Part shown: positions 56,008 to 64,000 of the stretch, one piece after another | Layout of the letters: each line of letters opens with the position of its first letter | Position numbering within the stretch: position 1 is the first letter of the stretch | Assembly: GCA_025458865.1 (NCBI GenBank) | Contig: JALORP010000002.1 | Coordinates: forward strand, 3,812-67,811 | From: Steroidobacteraceae bacterium | GTDB taxonomy: Bacteria > Pseudomonadota > Gammaproteobacteria > Steroidobacterales > Steroidobacteraceae | Reading direction: 5' to 3' | DNA: 64,000 bases | The notes under the pieces: model-generated | Told to the model about the DNA's origin: nothing | The model's input: only the letters and a program-made list of their open reading frames with translations | Database searches by the model: none | Made by a program: the position numbers and the translations under genes

Positions 56008-56520
56008 TTACGCCGGACGGCAAACACGCGGCAGGTACTTGTCAGGGAAGTCCGCTGCAGCACTGGTTCCGTTGGCGCCAACCGTCGGCTGGGGATTGAG
56101 CAGGTCGGCGGCGGCCGGCTCTTCGCCACGACCGCATACCCACACGACATCACCGTTGATGTTCACGAACGGGACGAGAGAGAGCGTCTCACCGTCGATC
56201 CGGTCGTTCGCCTGATTTCCGTAGGAGATCGTGATGGTGCCGTCCGTGACATCGATCTGGGTCACGTACTTTGCCGCCTTGTCCGTGGCGGCGCCCCCGG
56301 TGCCGAGAACATCCTCGATATCTGCCGGCATTGCGCCGTCGTTCGCGTAGAACTCCGCGATCGAAGCCTTCAAGTCGCCGGACAGTGTCAGGCCCTCGGA
56401 GACCTGCGCGCGGATTGTGTAGTCCTGGTACGCAGGGATCGCGATCGCGGCCAGGATGCCGATGATGGCCACCACGATCATCAGTTCGATGAGCGTGAAG
56501 CCCTTCTGGATCTTCTTCAT
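56008..56520 (-). CDS. pilA: type IVa major pilin
   Basis: An internal ATG at 56520 gives MKKIQKG/FTLIELMIVVAIIGILAAIAIPAYQDY, a class III signal peptide with Glu+5. Two C-terminal cysteines are present. The product is 170 aa. Confidence 0.92.
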   Translation of the reverse strand: MKKIQKGFTLIELMIVVAIIGILAAIAIPAYQDYTIRAQVSEGLTLSGDLKASIAEFYANDGAMPADIEDVLGTGGAATDKAAKYVTQIDVTDGTITISYGNQANDRIDGETLSLVPFVNINGDVVWVCGRGEEPAAADLLNPQPTVGANGTSAAADFPDKYLPRVCRPA

Positions 56521-56592
56521 GTGAAACAACTCCAAGTGACCAAAGAGGGGACCAACAGTCGGCGACACCCTGTCGCCGTCGGGAGACACGAA

Positions 56593-56607
56593 GCAAGGCC
56601 CGTGCCA
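56593..56607 (-). promoter_or_regulatory. sigma-54 (-24/-12) promoter of pilA
   Basis: The minus strand reads TGGCAC-GGGCC-TTGCT, an exact match to the TGGCAC-N5-TTGCW consensus. It lies about 73 nt upstream of the pilA ATG. pilR (a sigma-54 EBP) and rpoN are both in the window. Confidence 0.85.
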
Positions 56608-56704
56608 ACCCGCCCGATGGGCCCTAAAGCATTGAGTATAATGACATTTATCCCGAGTTTTACTTAACCTCGGGCTACACGCCCGGGGCTGTCGCTGACC
56701 TCTC

Positions 56705-56730
56705 GCGTCACAAACTGACGCGGCGCGTCA
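56705..56730. promoter_or_regulatory. repeated GCGTCA/TGACGC motif cluster upstream of the sigma-54 promoter (candidate enhancer)
   Basis: GCGTCA (56705-56710), TGACGC (56716-56721) and GCGTCA (56725-56730) lie about 100-125 nt upstream of the -24 element. CTGTCGC at about 56689 resembles the PilR TGTC-type half site. An A/T-rich segment (56625-56680) lies in between. Confidence 0.3.
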
Positions 56731-56740
56731 GTCGCCGGAC

Positions 56741-58087
56741 CTACTCGATGCCGAGCTTCTTGATCCGGTAGCGCAGGGCGCGGAAGGTGATGCCGAGGAC
56801 CTTGGCGGCCGCGGTCTTGTTGAAGCGGGTCTGCTCGAGGGCCTTCATGATGGCCTCACGTTCCACGTCCTCGAGCTGGTCGCCGAGGCCGCCTGACGCG
56901 TCGTCGTCGACGTCCTCATCGGCGTCGCCGGCTCCGCCCATCGCCGGCCTCAGCTGGATGTCGCCGGCCTCGATCTGCTCACCGGCGCACAGGGTCATGG
57001 CCCGCTCGAGGATGTTCTCGAGCTCGCGCACGTTGCCGGGGTAGCGATAGGTCCGAAGCAGCTGCAGCGCTTCCGGCGCGAGGCGGGGAACGGGCACGCC
57101 CGCGCGCCGGGCGAGGCGGGCGAGGATGGCCTCGACGAGCTCGGGCACGTCGTCGAGGTGTTCGCGCAGCGCCGGCACGCGCAGCTCGATGACGTTGAGC
57201 CGGTAGAACAGGTCCTCGCGGAACCGGCCCTCGGCGACGAGCTCGCCGAGGTCGCGGTGGGTGGCCGATAGGATGCGAACGTCCACGGGCGTCTCGCGCT
57301 GGTCGCCCACGGCCCGCACGGCCTTTTCCTGGATGAGCCGCAGCAGCTTCACCTGCATGGGCAGCGGCAGGTCGGCCACTTCGTCTAGGAACAGGGTGCC
57401 GCCCTCGGCGGCCTGCACGAGGCCGGGCTTGTCGGCCACGGCGCCGGTGAAGCTGCCCTTGCGGTGGCCGAAGAGCTCGCTCTCCATGAGCTCCGCGGGA
57501 ATCGCCCCGCAGTTCACGGCGATGAACGGGTTGGCGGCGCGCGAGCCGCCGGCGTGGATCAGCCGGGCCGCCAGCTCCTTGCCGGTGCCGGACTCGCCGG
57601 CGATGTGCACGGGGGCCTGGCTGCGCGCCACCCGGGCGATCATCACGCGCAGCTGCTCGATGGCGGCCGAACGGCCCAGCAGCTGCGGCGCGCGCGCCTC
57701 GGCCGCGGGGCCGCCGCGATCGGCGAGCCGGACGGCCTGGGTGACGAGCTTGCGAAGCCCTGCGATGTCGAGCGGCTTGGAGACGAAGTCGAAGGCGCCC
57801 GCCTTGAGGGCCCGCACGGCGGCCTCGACGTTGCCGTGCGCGGTGATCACCGCGACCGGCGTGGCCGGCGTGTGCTGCTGCATCCAGTCCACGAGGTCCA
57901 GCCCGTCGCCGTCGGGCAGGCGCATGTCGGTGAGGCACAGGTCGAAGCGGCCGCGCTGCAGCTCGCGCCGCGCCGCGGCGAGGTCGTGCACGGACCGTGA
58001 GTCCACGTCCATGCGCGCGAGCGTCAGCGCGAGCAGTTCGCAGAGGTCGGGTTCGTCGTCGACGATGAGGGCGAGGGAGCGGCTCAT
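56741..58087 (-). CDS. pilR: sigma-54-dependent response regulator PilR
   Basis: 448 aa with a receiver domain (DDEPDL...D54-like DMRLPDGDG), an AAA+ domain with GESGTGKE and the GAFTGA-like GSFTGA loop, and a C-terminal Fis-type HTH. Confidence 0.93.
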   Translation of the reverse strand: MSRSLALIVDDEPDLCELLALTLARMDVDSRSVHDLAAARRELQRGRFDLCLTDMRLPDGDGLDLVDWMQQHTPATPVAVITAHGNVEAAVRALKAGAFDFVSKPLDIAGLRKLVTQAVRLADRGGPAAEARAPQLLGRSAAIEQLRVMIARVARSQAPVHIAGESGTGKELAARLIHAGGSRAANPFIAVNCGAIPAELMESELFGHRKGSFTGAVADKPGLVQAAEGGTLFLDEVADLPLPMQVKLLRLIQEKAVRAVGDQRETPVDVRILSATHRDLGELVAEGRFREDLFYRLNVIELRVPALREHLDDVPELVEAILARLARRAGVPVPRLAPEALQLLRTYRYPGNVRELENILERAMTLCAGEQIEAGDIQLRPAMGGAGDADEDVDDDASGGLGDQLEDVEREAIMKALEQTRFNKTAAAKVLGITFRALRYRIKKLGIE

Positions 58088-58103
58088 TCGGTGGCTTTTG
58101 GGC

Positions 58104-59729
58104 TCAGGCGGGCTCCCAGCGCTGCGGGTCCGCGAAGATCAGGCGGAAGATGCTACCACCGCCCTGGCGGGGCTCGTAGAGCAGCAGGGCGCCGTTGCTC
58201 TGCGCGAGCTCCCGCGAGATGAAAAGGCCCAGCCCCGTCCCGCCCGCCGACGAGGTGAAGAAGGGCTCGAAGATGCGCTCGGCCGCCGCCGGCCCGATGC
58301 CGGGCCCGCGGTCGGCGACTTCGAGGATCGGCCGGCCGCTGCCCGGGGCCCGGCCGACGTTGAGCTCCATGGCCGTCTGGGCCTCTCCTAGGCCGTACTT
58401 CACGGCGTTCTCGCAGAGGTTCCACAGGATCTGGTGCAGGTGCGAGGGGTCTATCCGCACCTCGAGGTCGGGCTCGGCCATGCGCAGCACCACGCGCTCG
58501 GGCCGGAGGCTGTGCGTGGTGCAGAACTCAGTCATGAAGTCCGCGAGCCACTCGCCGAGCGGCATGCGCTCCGCGCGGATCTCCTCGCGGCGGGAGAGCT
58601 GCATGACGTTCTGGATGATGGTGCTCACCCGCTCGGCGTTCTGGCGGATGATCTCCGTCAGGCGGCGCTCCGCGGGGCCGAGGCCCTCGTCCTCCTCGAG
58701 CAGCTGCGCCGCGTGGCTCATCGCGCCGACGGGGTTCCTGATCTCGTGGGCGATGCTCGCCGACAGCCGGCCGAGGGCCGCGAGCTTGGACTGCTCCGCG
58801 CGGGTCGAGATCTGGCTCAGGTCCTCGAGGAAGACGATCACCGGCGAGGGCAGCCGCTCGCCGAGCGGCGCGAAGCGCGGGCGCACCTCGCGCATGCCGT
58901 CGGCCGCGAGCAGCGTGCCCCGGGTAGAGTCGTTGTCGCGCGGGTTCTGCCGCCAGGTCGCGAGCAGGTACAGCAGCCGCGGCGACACCTCGCCGAGCAG
59001 CGCCCCGGACGCGCTGCCGGCGGGGTCCAGGATCTGGCGCGCGGAATCGTTGATCAGCCGGATCCGGTCCTGCTCGTCCACCACGAGGATGGACTCGCGC
59101 AGGCGCTCGACGACGTACTGCGACAGCTCGGCGAGGTTGGCGAGGTCGAGCTCCCGCTGGCGGACCTTCGCCTCGGTCTCCCGCAGCCGGTTCGCGAGCG
59201 GCGCCGCCGCGAGCGCCACGATGAAGACCACCACGCCGAGCAGGCCCGCCTGCGTGAAGCTGCCGGCCTCGGCGGCGCCGGACAGGACGAAGATGAACTG
59301 CTGCGCCAGGATGCACAGCGTCGCGATGGACGCGACCAGCACCGCCGAGCGCAAGGCCAGCAGCAGGCTGACCGCGCCTACCGGCATGATCAGCAGCAGC
59401 CCGAGGCCACTGCCCACGCCGCCGCTCGAGACGAGCAGCAGGCTCACGGCGAAGATGTCGAAGGCGATGTGGATGTACGCCTGCAGCCGCAGGTCGGGCC
59501 AGCGCCGCTTCAGCAGCGCGATGCACAGCACGCCGGCGAGGAACATGCCGACGATCGTCAGGGTGAACAGGCCGGGGGCGGCGGAGCCCGGTCCGCGCGC
59601 GGCCGGCAGCAGCGAGGCCAGCACGAACAGCACGGTCGGCACCAGCAGCCGGTAGACGTTCAGCAGGCCGAGCACCCGCCACGCCAGCTCGGGGTCGCCG
59701 TAGACGCGTTCGATGTCGCGGGGACTCAT
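58104..59729 (-). CDS. pilS: sensor histidine kinase PilS
   Basis: 541 aa with a multi-TM N-terminal region, a PAS-like linker, the H-box [11 protein letters not shown], and N/G boxes ([21 protein letters not shown]). Confidence 0.88.
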   Translation of the reverse strand: MSPRDIERVYGDPELAWRVLGLLNVYRLLVPTVLFVLASLLPAARGPGSAAPGLFTLTIVGMFLAGVLCIALLKRRWPDLRLQAYIHIAFDIFAVSLLLVSSGGVGSGLGLLLIMPVGAVSLLLALRSAVLVASIATLCILAQQFIFVLSGAAEAGSFTQAGLLGVVVFIVALAAAPLANRLRETEAKVRQRELDLANLAELSQYVVERLRESILVVDEQDRIRLINDSARQILDPAGSASGALLGEVSPRLLYLLATWRQNPRDNDSTRGTLLAADGMREVRPRFAPLGERLPSPVIVFLEDLSQISTRAEQSKLAALGRLSASIAHEIRNPVGAMSHAAQLLEEDEGLGPAERRLTEIIRQNAERVSTIIQNVMQLSRREEIRAERMPLGEWLADFMTEFCTTHSLRPERVVLRMAEPDLEVRIDPSHLHQILWNLCENAVKYGLGEAQTAMELNVGRAPGSGRPILEVADRGPGIGPAAAERIFEPFFTSSAGGTGLGLFISRELAQSNGALLLYEPRQGGGSIFRLIFADPQRWEPA

Positions 59730-59884
59730 GGGCCAGCGAATTTAGCACGCGTGCCGGGCACGCCTCGCGGCGCGTGGCCCGGGATGCGACCTGCGTCGCT
59801 CGGCCGGGCTCCGGCGGCGGCTTTGCCTGCGCCGTCCGCTTGGCCCACAATGTGCGGCTAACTTCGACGCGGGAAGGCCAGCCG

Positions 59885-61054
59885 ATGAACCTGCACGAGT
59901 ACCAGTCCAAGCAACTGTTCGCCGCCTACGGCGTGCCCGTGCCGCAGGGCCGCATCGCCGCGACGCCCGAGGAGGCGGTCGAGGCCGCGCAGGCGCTCGG
60001 CGGGCAGGTCTGGGTCGTGAAGGCGCAGGTCCACGCGGGCGGCCGCGGCAAGGCCGGCGGCGTAAAGCTCTGCCGCTCGCCCGAGGACGTGCGCGCCGCC
60101 GCCGTCTCCATGCTCGGCCGCAAGCTCAAGACAAAGCAGACCGGCGCGGCGGGTCTTCCGATCAACCTCGTCTACGTGGAATCGGGCAGCCGCATCGCCC
60201 GCGAGCTCTACCTGAGCCTGCTCCTCAATCGCGACACCGGCCGCATCGCCTTCATCGCCTCCGAGGCCGGCGGCATGGACATCGAGGAAGTGGCGGAGAA
60301 GGAGCCGGAGAAGATCCTGCGCGCCGACATCCACCCGGCCGCCGGCCTGCAGGGCTTCCACTGCCGCCGCCTCGCCTTTGGGCTGGGGCTCAAGGGCGAG
60401 CAGGTGAAGCAGTTCGAGCGCATCGCGCGCGGCCTGTACCGGCTGTTCCTCGAGAAGGACCTGGGCCTGGTCGAGGTCAACCCGCTGATCGTCACCGAGG
60501 ACGGCCAGCTCGCCGCGCTCGACGCCAAGATCAACGTCGAGGCCAACGCCCTCTACCGCCAGGCCGAGGTCGCGGCCCTGCGCGACGAGACGCAGGAAGA
60601 CGCGATGGAGCGCGAGGCCTCGAAGCACGACCTGAACTACGTCTCGCTCGACGGCAACATCGCCTGCATGGTCAATGGCGCGGGCCTCGCCATGGCCACC
60701 ATGGACCTGATCAAGCTGCACGGCGGCGCGCCGGCGAACTTCCTCGACGTGGGCGGCACGGCGACGGCCGACCGCGTCACCGCGGCGTTCCGCCTGATCC
60801 TCTCGAACCGCAAGGTGAAGGCGATCCTGGTCAACATCTTCGGCGGCATCGTGCGATGCGACGTCATCGCGCAGGGCATCGTGCAGGCGGTGCAGAACGT
60901 CGGCGTGAAGATCCCGGTCATCGTGCGCCTCGAGGGCACCAACGCGGACATCGCGCGCAGGCAGCTCGCCGAGAGCGGGCTCGCCATCATCGCGGCCTCC
61001 GACCTCACCGACGCGGCCACCAAGGCCGTGAAGTCCGCCGGCAAGGCCGCCTGA
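59885..61054 (+). CDS. sucC: succinate--CoA ligase (ADP-forming) beta subunit
   Basis: An internal ATG at 59885 gives [20 protein letters not shown]. The product is 389 aa with an ATP-grasp fold. Confidence 0.96.
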   Translation: MNLHEYQSKQLFAAYGVPVPQGRIAATPEEAVEAAQALGGQVWVVKAQVHAGGRGKAGGVKLCRSPEDVRAAAVSMLGRKLKTKQTGAAGLPINLVYVESGSRIARELYLSLLLNRDTGRIAFIASEAGGMDIEEVAEKEPEKILRADIHPAAGLQGFHCRRLAFGLGLKGEQVKQFERIARGLYRLFLEKDLGLVEVNPLIVTEDGQLAALDAKINVEANALYRQAEVAALRDETQEDAMEREASKHDLNYVSLDGNIACMVNGAGLAMATMDLIKLHGGAPANFLDVGGTATADRVTAAFRLILSNRKVKAILVNIFGGIVRCDVIAQGIVQAVQNVGVKIPVIVRLEGTNADIARRQLAESGLAIIAASDLTDAATKAVKSAGKAA

Positions 61055-61068
61055 GGCAGGGGAGAGAC

Positions 61069-62055
61069 ATGAGCATCCTGGTCAACAAGAAGAGCCGCGT
61101 GATCTGCCAGGGCTTCACCGGCAAGCAGGGCACGTTCCACTCGGAGCAGGCGATCGCCTACGGCACGAACCTCGTCGGCGGCGTGACTCCGGGGCGCGGC
61201 GGCGAGCGCCATCTCGACCGCCCCGTCTTCGACACGGTGCACGACGCGGTCCGCGAGACTGGCGCCGACGTCACGATGATCTACGTCCCGGCCGCAGGCG
61301 CGGCGGATGCGATCCTCGAGGCGGCCGACGCCGGCATCGGCCTGATCGTGTGCATCACCGAGGGCATCCCGGTGAACGACATGGTCAAGGTCAAGGCGGC
61401 GCTCGCCGGCAGCCGCAGCCGCCTCGTCGGCCCGAACTGCCCGGGCGTGATCACCCCCGGCGAGTGCAAGGTCGGCATCATGCCCGGCTTCATCCACAAG
61501 CCTGGCCGCATCGGCATCGTCTCCCGCTCCGGCACGCTCACCTACGAGGCGGTGTTCCAGACCTCGCGGCTCGGCCTCGGCCAGAGCACCTGCGTCGGCA
61601 TTGGCGGCGACCCGGTGCGCGGCATGAACTTCGTGGACGTGCTGGCGCTGTTCCAGAAAGACCCGAAGACCGACGGCATCATCATGGTCGGCGAGATCGG
61701 CGGCGCCGACGAGGAGGCCGCGGCGACGTTCATCCGTGACCACGTGACCAAGCCGGTCGTTGCCTACATCGCGGGCGTGACCGCGCCCGCAGGCAAGCGC
61801 ATGGGCCACGCGGGCGCCGTGATCGCCGGCGGCAAGGGTACCGCGGCCGACAAGTTCGCGGCGCTCGAGGCCGCGGGTGTCGCCACCGTGCGCTCCCCGG
61901 CCGAGCTCGGCAGCGCCATGAAGAAGGCGCTCGCGAAGTACGCACGCAGCAAGACGCCGGCCTCGCGCAAGGCGGCGGCGCCGAAGCCCGCCCGCAAGCC
62001 GGCCCGGAAGTCGGCGCCCCGCAAGGCCGCCGGCAAGACCGCCCGCCGGCGCTGA
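61069..62055 (+). CDS. sucD: succinate--CoA ligase alpha subunit with a basic C-terminal extension
   Basis: An internal ATG at 61069 gives [27 protein letters not shown]. The catalytic His region is [14 protein letters not shown]. The 288-aa core is followed by a 40-aa K/R/A/P tail. Confidence 0.93.
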   Translation: MSILVNKKSRVICQGFTGKQGTFHSEQAIAYGTNLVGGVTPGRGGERHLDRPVFDTVHDAVRETGADVTMIYVPAAGAADAILEAADAGIGLIVCITEGIPVNDMVKVKAALAGSRSRLVGPNCPGVITPGECKVGIMPGFIHKPGRIGIVSRSGTLTYEAVFQTSRLGLGQSTCVGIGGDPVRGMNFVDVLALFQKDPKTDGIIMVGEIGGADEEAAATFIRDHVTKPVVAYIAGVTAPAGKRMGHAGAVIAGGKGTAADKFAALEAAGVATVRSPAELGSAMKKALAKYARSKTPASRKAAAPKPARKPARKSAPRKAAGKTARRR

Positions 62056-62060
62056 TCGCC

Positions 62061-63677
62061 ATGGCCGGGGCGCTTCCGATCGCGATCGCCCAGGTCGACT
62101 GCTTCGTCGGCGACGCCCCGGGCAATGCGGATCGCATCCTCGCGGCCGCGGCGCGCGCGCGCGCGCTCGGCGCGCGCATCGTCGTGTTTCCCGAGCTCGC
62201 CCTGTCCGGCTACCCGCCGGAAGACCTGCTCTTCCACCGCGGCTTCCGCAACCGTATCGGCGAGGCCCTGGCGCGCCTCGAGCGTGAGGCCCGGGGCATC
62301 GACCTCGTCGTGGGCTATCCCGAGTACGCGGGCGAGGCCATCTACAACTCGGCGGCGGTGATCCGCGACGGGCGCATCGTCGCCAACCACCGCAAGCAGC
62401 TCCTGCCGAACTACCAGGTCTTCGACGAAAAGCGCTACTTCCAGGCCGGTGGCGGCCCGACCTGCCTCGACGTGGACGGCGTCCGGGTGGCGCTGCTCAT
62501 CTGCGAGGACGTGTGGGAGCCCGGCCCCGCGGCGGCGGCCAAGGCCGCGGGCGCGGAGCTGGCGCTGGTGCTCAACGCCTCGCCCTTCGAGCTTCGCAAG
62601 CAATCGAGGCGCGAGGAAGTGCTGCTCGCGCGGGCGCGCGAGACGGGCCTCGGCTTCGTGTACGCGAACCTCGTCGGTGGCCAGGACGAGCTCGTCTTCG
62701 ACGGGCAGTCGTTCGTGATGAGCCGCGACGGCGTCGTGGCGCACCGTGCGCCGGCCTTCGACGAGGCCGTCACCGTCGTCGAGCATGCCGGCGGCCGCTG
62801 GCGCGGCGAGCTCGCGCGGGCGCCCACCGACGAGGAGGCCGCCTACCGCGCCATCGCTACCGGCATCCGCGACTACGTGAACAAGCACGGCTTCCCGGGC
62901 GTGGTGATCGGGCTGTCGGGCGGCGTGGACTCGGCGCTGGTGCTGGTGCTCGCCGTGGACGCGCTGGGCGCGGACCGCGTGCACACGGTGATGATGCCCT
63001 CGCGCTACACCTCGCCGATGTCGCTCGAGGACGCCGAGGCCATGGCGCGCGGCCTCGGCGTGAAGCATTCGATCCTGCCGATCGAGGCGATGTTCGAGGC
63101 GACGCTCGAGACGCTCGCCGCGGAGTTCCGCGGGCTGCCGCCGGACGCCACCGAGGAGAACATCCAGGCGCGCTGCCGCGGCATGCTGCTCATGGCCATC
63201 TCGAACAAGACCGGCCGCATCGTGCTGACCACCGGCAACAAGAGCGAGATGTCGGTCGGCTACGCCACGCTCTACGGCGACATGGCGGGCGGTTTCGCGC
63301 CGATCAAGGACTGCAGCAAGACGCTCGTGTACCGCCTCTGCCGCTGGCGCAACGCGCAGGGCGTGATCATTCCGCCGCGGATCATCGAGCGCCCTCCGTC
63401 GGCCGAGCTGCGGCCCGACCAGAAGGACACCGACTCGCTGCCGCCCTACGAGGTGCTCGACCCCATCCTCGAGGCCTTCGTCGAGCAGGACCTCTCCGTG
63501 GGCGAAATCGTCGGGCAGGGCTTCGACCGCGCGACCGTGGTGCGGGTGCTGGAGATGGTCAAGCGCAACGAGTACAAGCGCCGGCAGGCGCCGCCCGGGG
63601 TGCGCGTCAGCCGCCGGGCCTTCGGCCGCGACTGGCGCTACCCGATCACCTCAGGCTACCGGCCCGGCGATCACTGA
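62061..63677 (+). CDS. nadE: glutamine-dependent NAD+ synthetase
   Basis: 538 aa. The N-terminal CN-hydrolase domain (FPELALSGYPPEDL, LLICEDVW) is followed by a synthetase domain with the SGGVDS PP-loop. Confidence 0.93.
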   Translation: MAGALPIAIAQVDCFVGDAPGNADRILAAAARARALGARIVVFPELALSGYPPEDLLFHRGFRNRIGEALARLEREARGIDLVVGYPEYAGEAIYNSAAVIRDGRIVANHRKQLLPNYQVFDEKRYFQAGGGPTCLDVDGVRVALLICEDVWEPGPAAAAKAAGAELALVLNASPFELRKQSRREEVLLARARETGLGFVYANLVGGQDELVFDGQSFVMSRDGVVAHRAPAFDEAVTVVEHAGGRWRGELARAPTDEEAAYRAIATGIRDYVNKHGFPGVVIGLSGGVDSALVLVLAVDALGADRVHTVMMPSRYTSPMSLEDAEAMARGLGVKHSILPIEAMFEATLETLAAEFRGLPPDATEENIQARCRGMLLMAISNKTGRIVLTTGNKSEMSVGYATLYGDMAGGFAPIKDCSKTLVYRLCRWRNAQGVIIPPRIIERPPSAELRPDQKDTDSLPPYEVLDPILEAFVEQDLSVGEIVGQGFDRATVVRVLEMVKRNEYKRRQAPPGVRVSRRAFGRDWRYPITSGYRPGDH

Positions 63678-63704
63678 CCGCCCGCCGGGACCAGCCGCGC
63701 GGAC

Positions 63705-64000
63705 TCACCAGAACTGGTACCAGCGCTTCTCGTCGCGCGTGGGGCGGCCGTCGGGGAAGTTGGTGGCGTAGACAATGCGCGCCTGCTCGGCAAGGTCCGC
63801 GAGCCCCAGCCCCTCATAGGAGGCGACCATCACGTCGAGCGCCTGGCGGGTCGCCGGCGCCCCGTCGTAGTTCTCGATGCAGAACTTGGCGCGGTTCAGC
63901 GCCGCGACGTACGCGCGCCGGCGCAGGTAGTAGTCCGCGACGTGCACCTCGTAGTCGGCCAGGCGGTTCCTGAGAAACATCATGCGCTGGCGCGAGTCGT
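63705..64000 (-). CDS. bamD: outer membrane protein assembly factor BamD, 3' portion (5' end outside the window)
   Basis: The C-terminal sequence VADYYLRRRAYVAALNRAKFCIENYDGAPATRQALDVMVASYEGLGL is typical of BamD/YfiO TPR repeats. The reading frame stays open to the window edge. Confidence 0.75.
   Translation of the reverse strand, partial: DSRQRMMFLRNRLADYEVHVADYYLRRRAYVAALNRAKFCIENYDGAPATRQALDVMVASYEGLGLADLAEQARIVYATNFPDGRPTRDEKRWYQFW

Overview
This is a high-G+C (by eye about 65-70%), almost fully coding stretch of gammaproteobacterial core chromosome with Pseudomonas/Xanthomonas-like synteny.

Gene content in order:
- patatin-like lipase, mgtE
- the kdsDC-lptCAB-rpoN-hpf-rapZ block on the minus strand
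- ibaG-murA
- a DegS/AlgW-like protease
- petABC-sspB
- yraN-lpoA, divergent from rsmI
- RNase P RNA (rnpB)
- a complete dcw cluster (mraZ rsmH ftsL ftsI murE murF mraY murD ftsW murG murC murB ddl ftsQ ftsA ftsZ), then lpxC
- a DciA-like DUF721 gene, an M23 peptidase, secA
- a Nudix-TenI fusion and an aldehyde dehydrogenase
- two divergent S9 peptidases
- an RHH-PIN toxin-antitoxin pair, tpm
- yacG-zapD-coaE
- type IV pilus genes pilD-pilC-pilB-pilA-pilR-pilS
- sucCD, nadE and the 3' end of bamD

I did not find a convincing novel multi-gene system. The accessory content is small.

The observations most worth a second look are:
- a 198-bp imperfect palindrome with perfect 29-bp termini (MITE-like) in the kdsD/ibaG divergent spacer
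- a 40-residue Lys/Arg/Ala/Pro tail on SucD
- an rpoN operon without ptsN/npr but with mgtE appended
- sspB without sspA
- the RHH-PIN cassette
- a textbook sigma-54 promoter in front of a compositionally atypical pilA

Many long ORFs in the six-frame track are antisense or out-of-frame high-GC artefacts. Several true genes start internally in longer track ORFs. I re-derived those starts from conserved N-termini and from stop/start overlaps.
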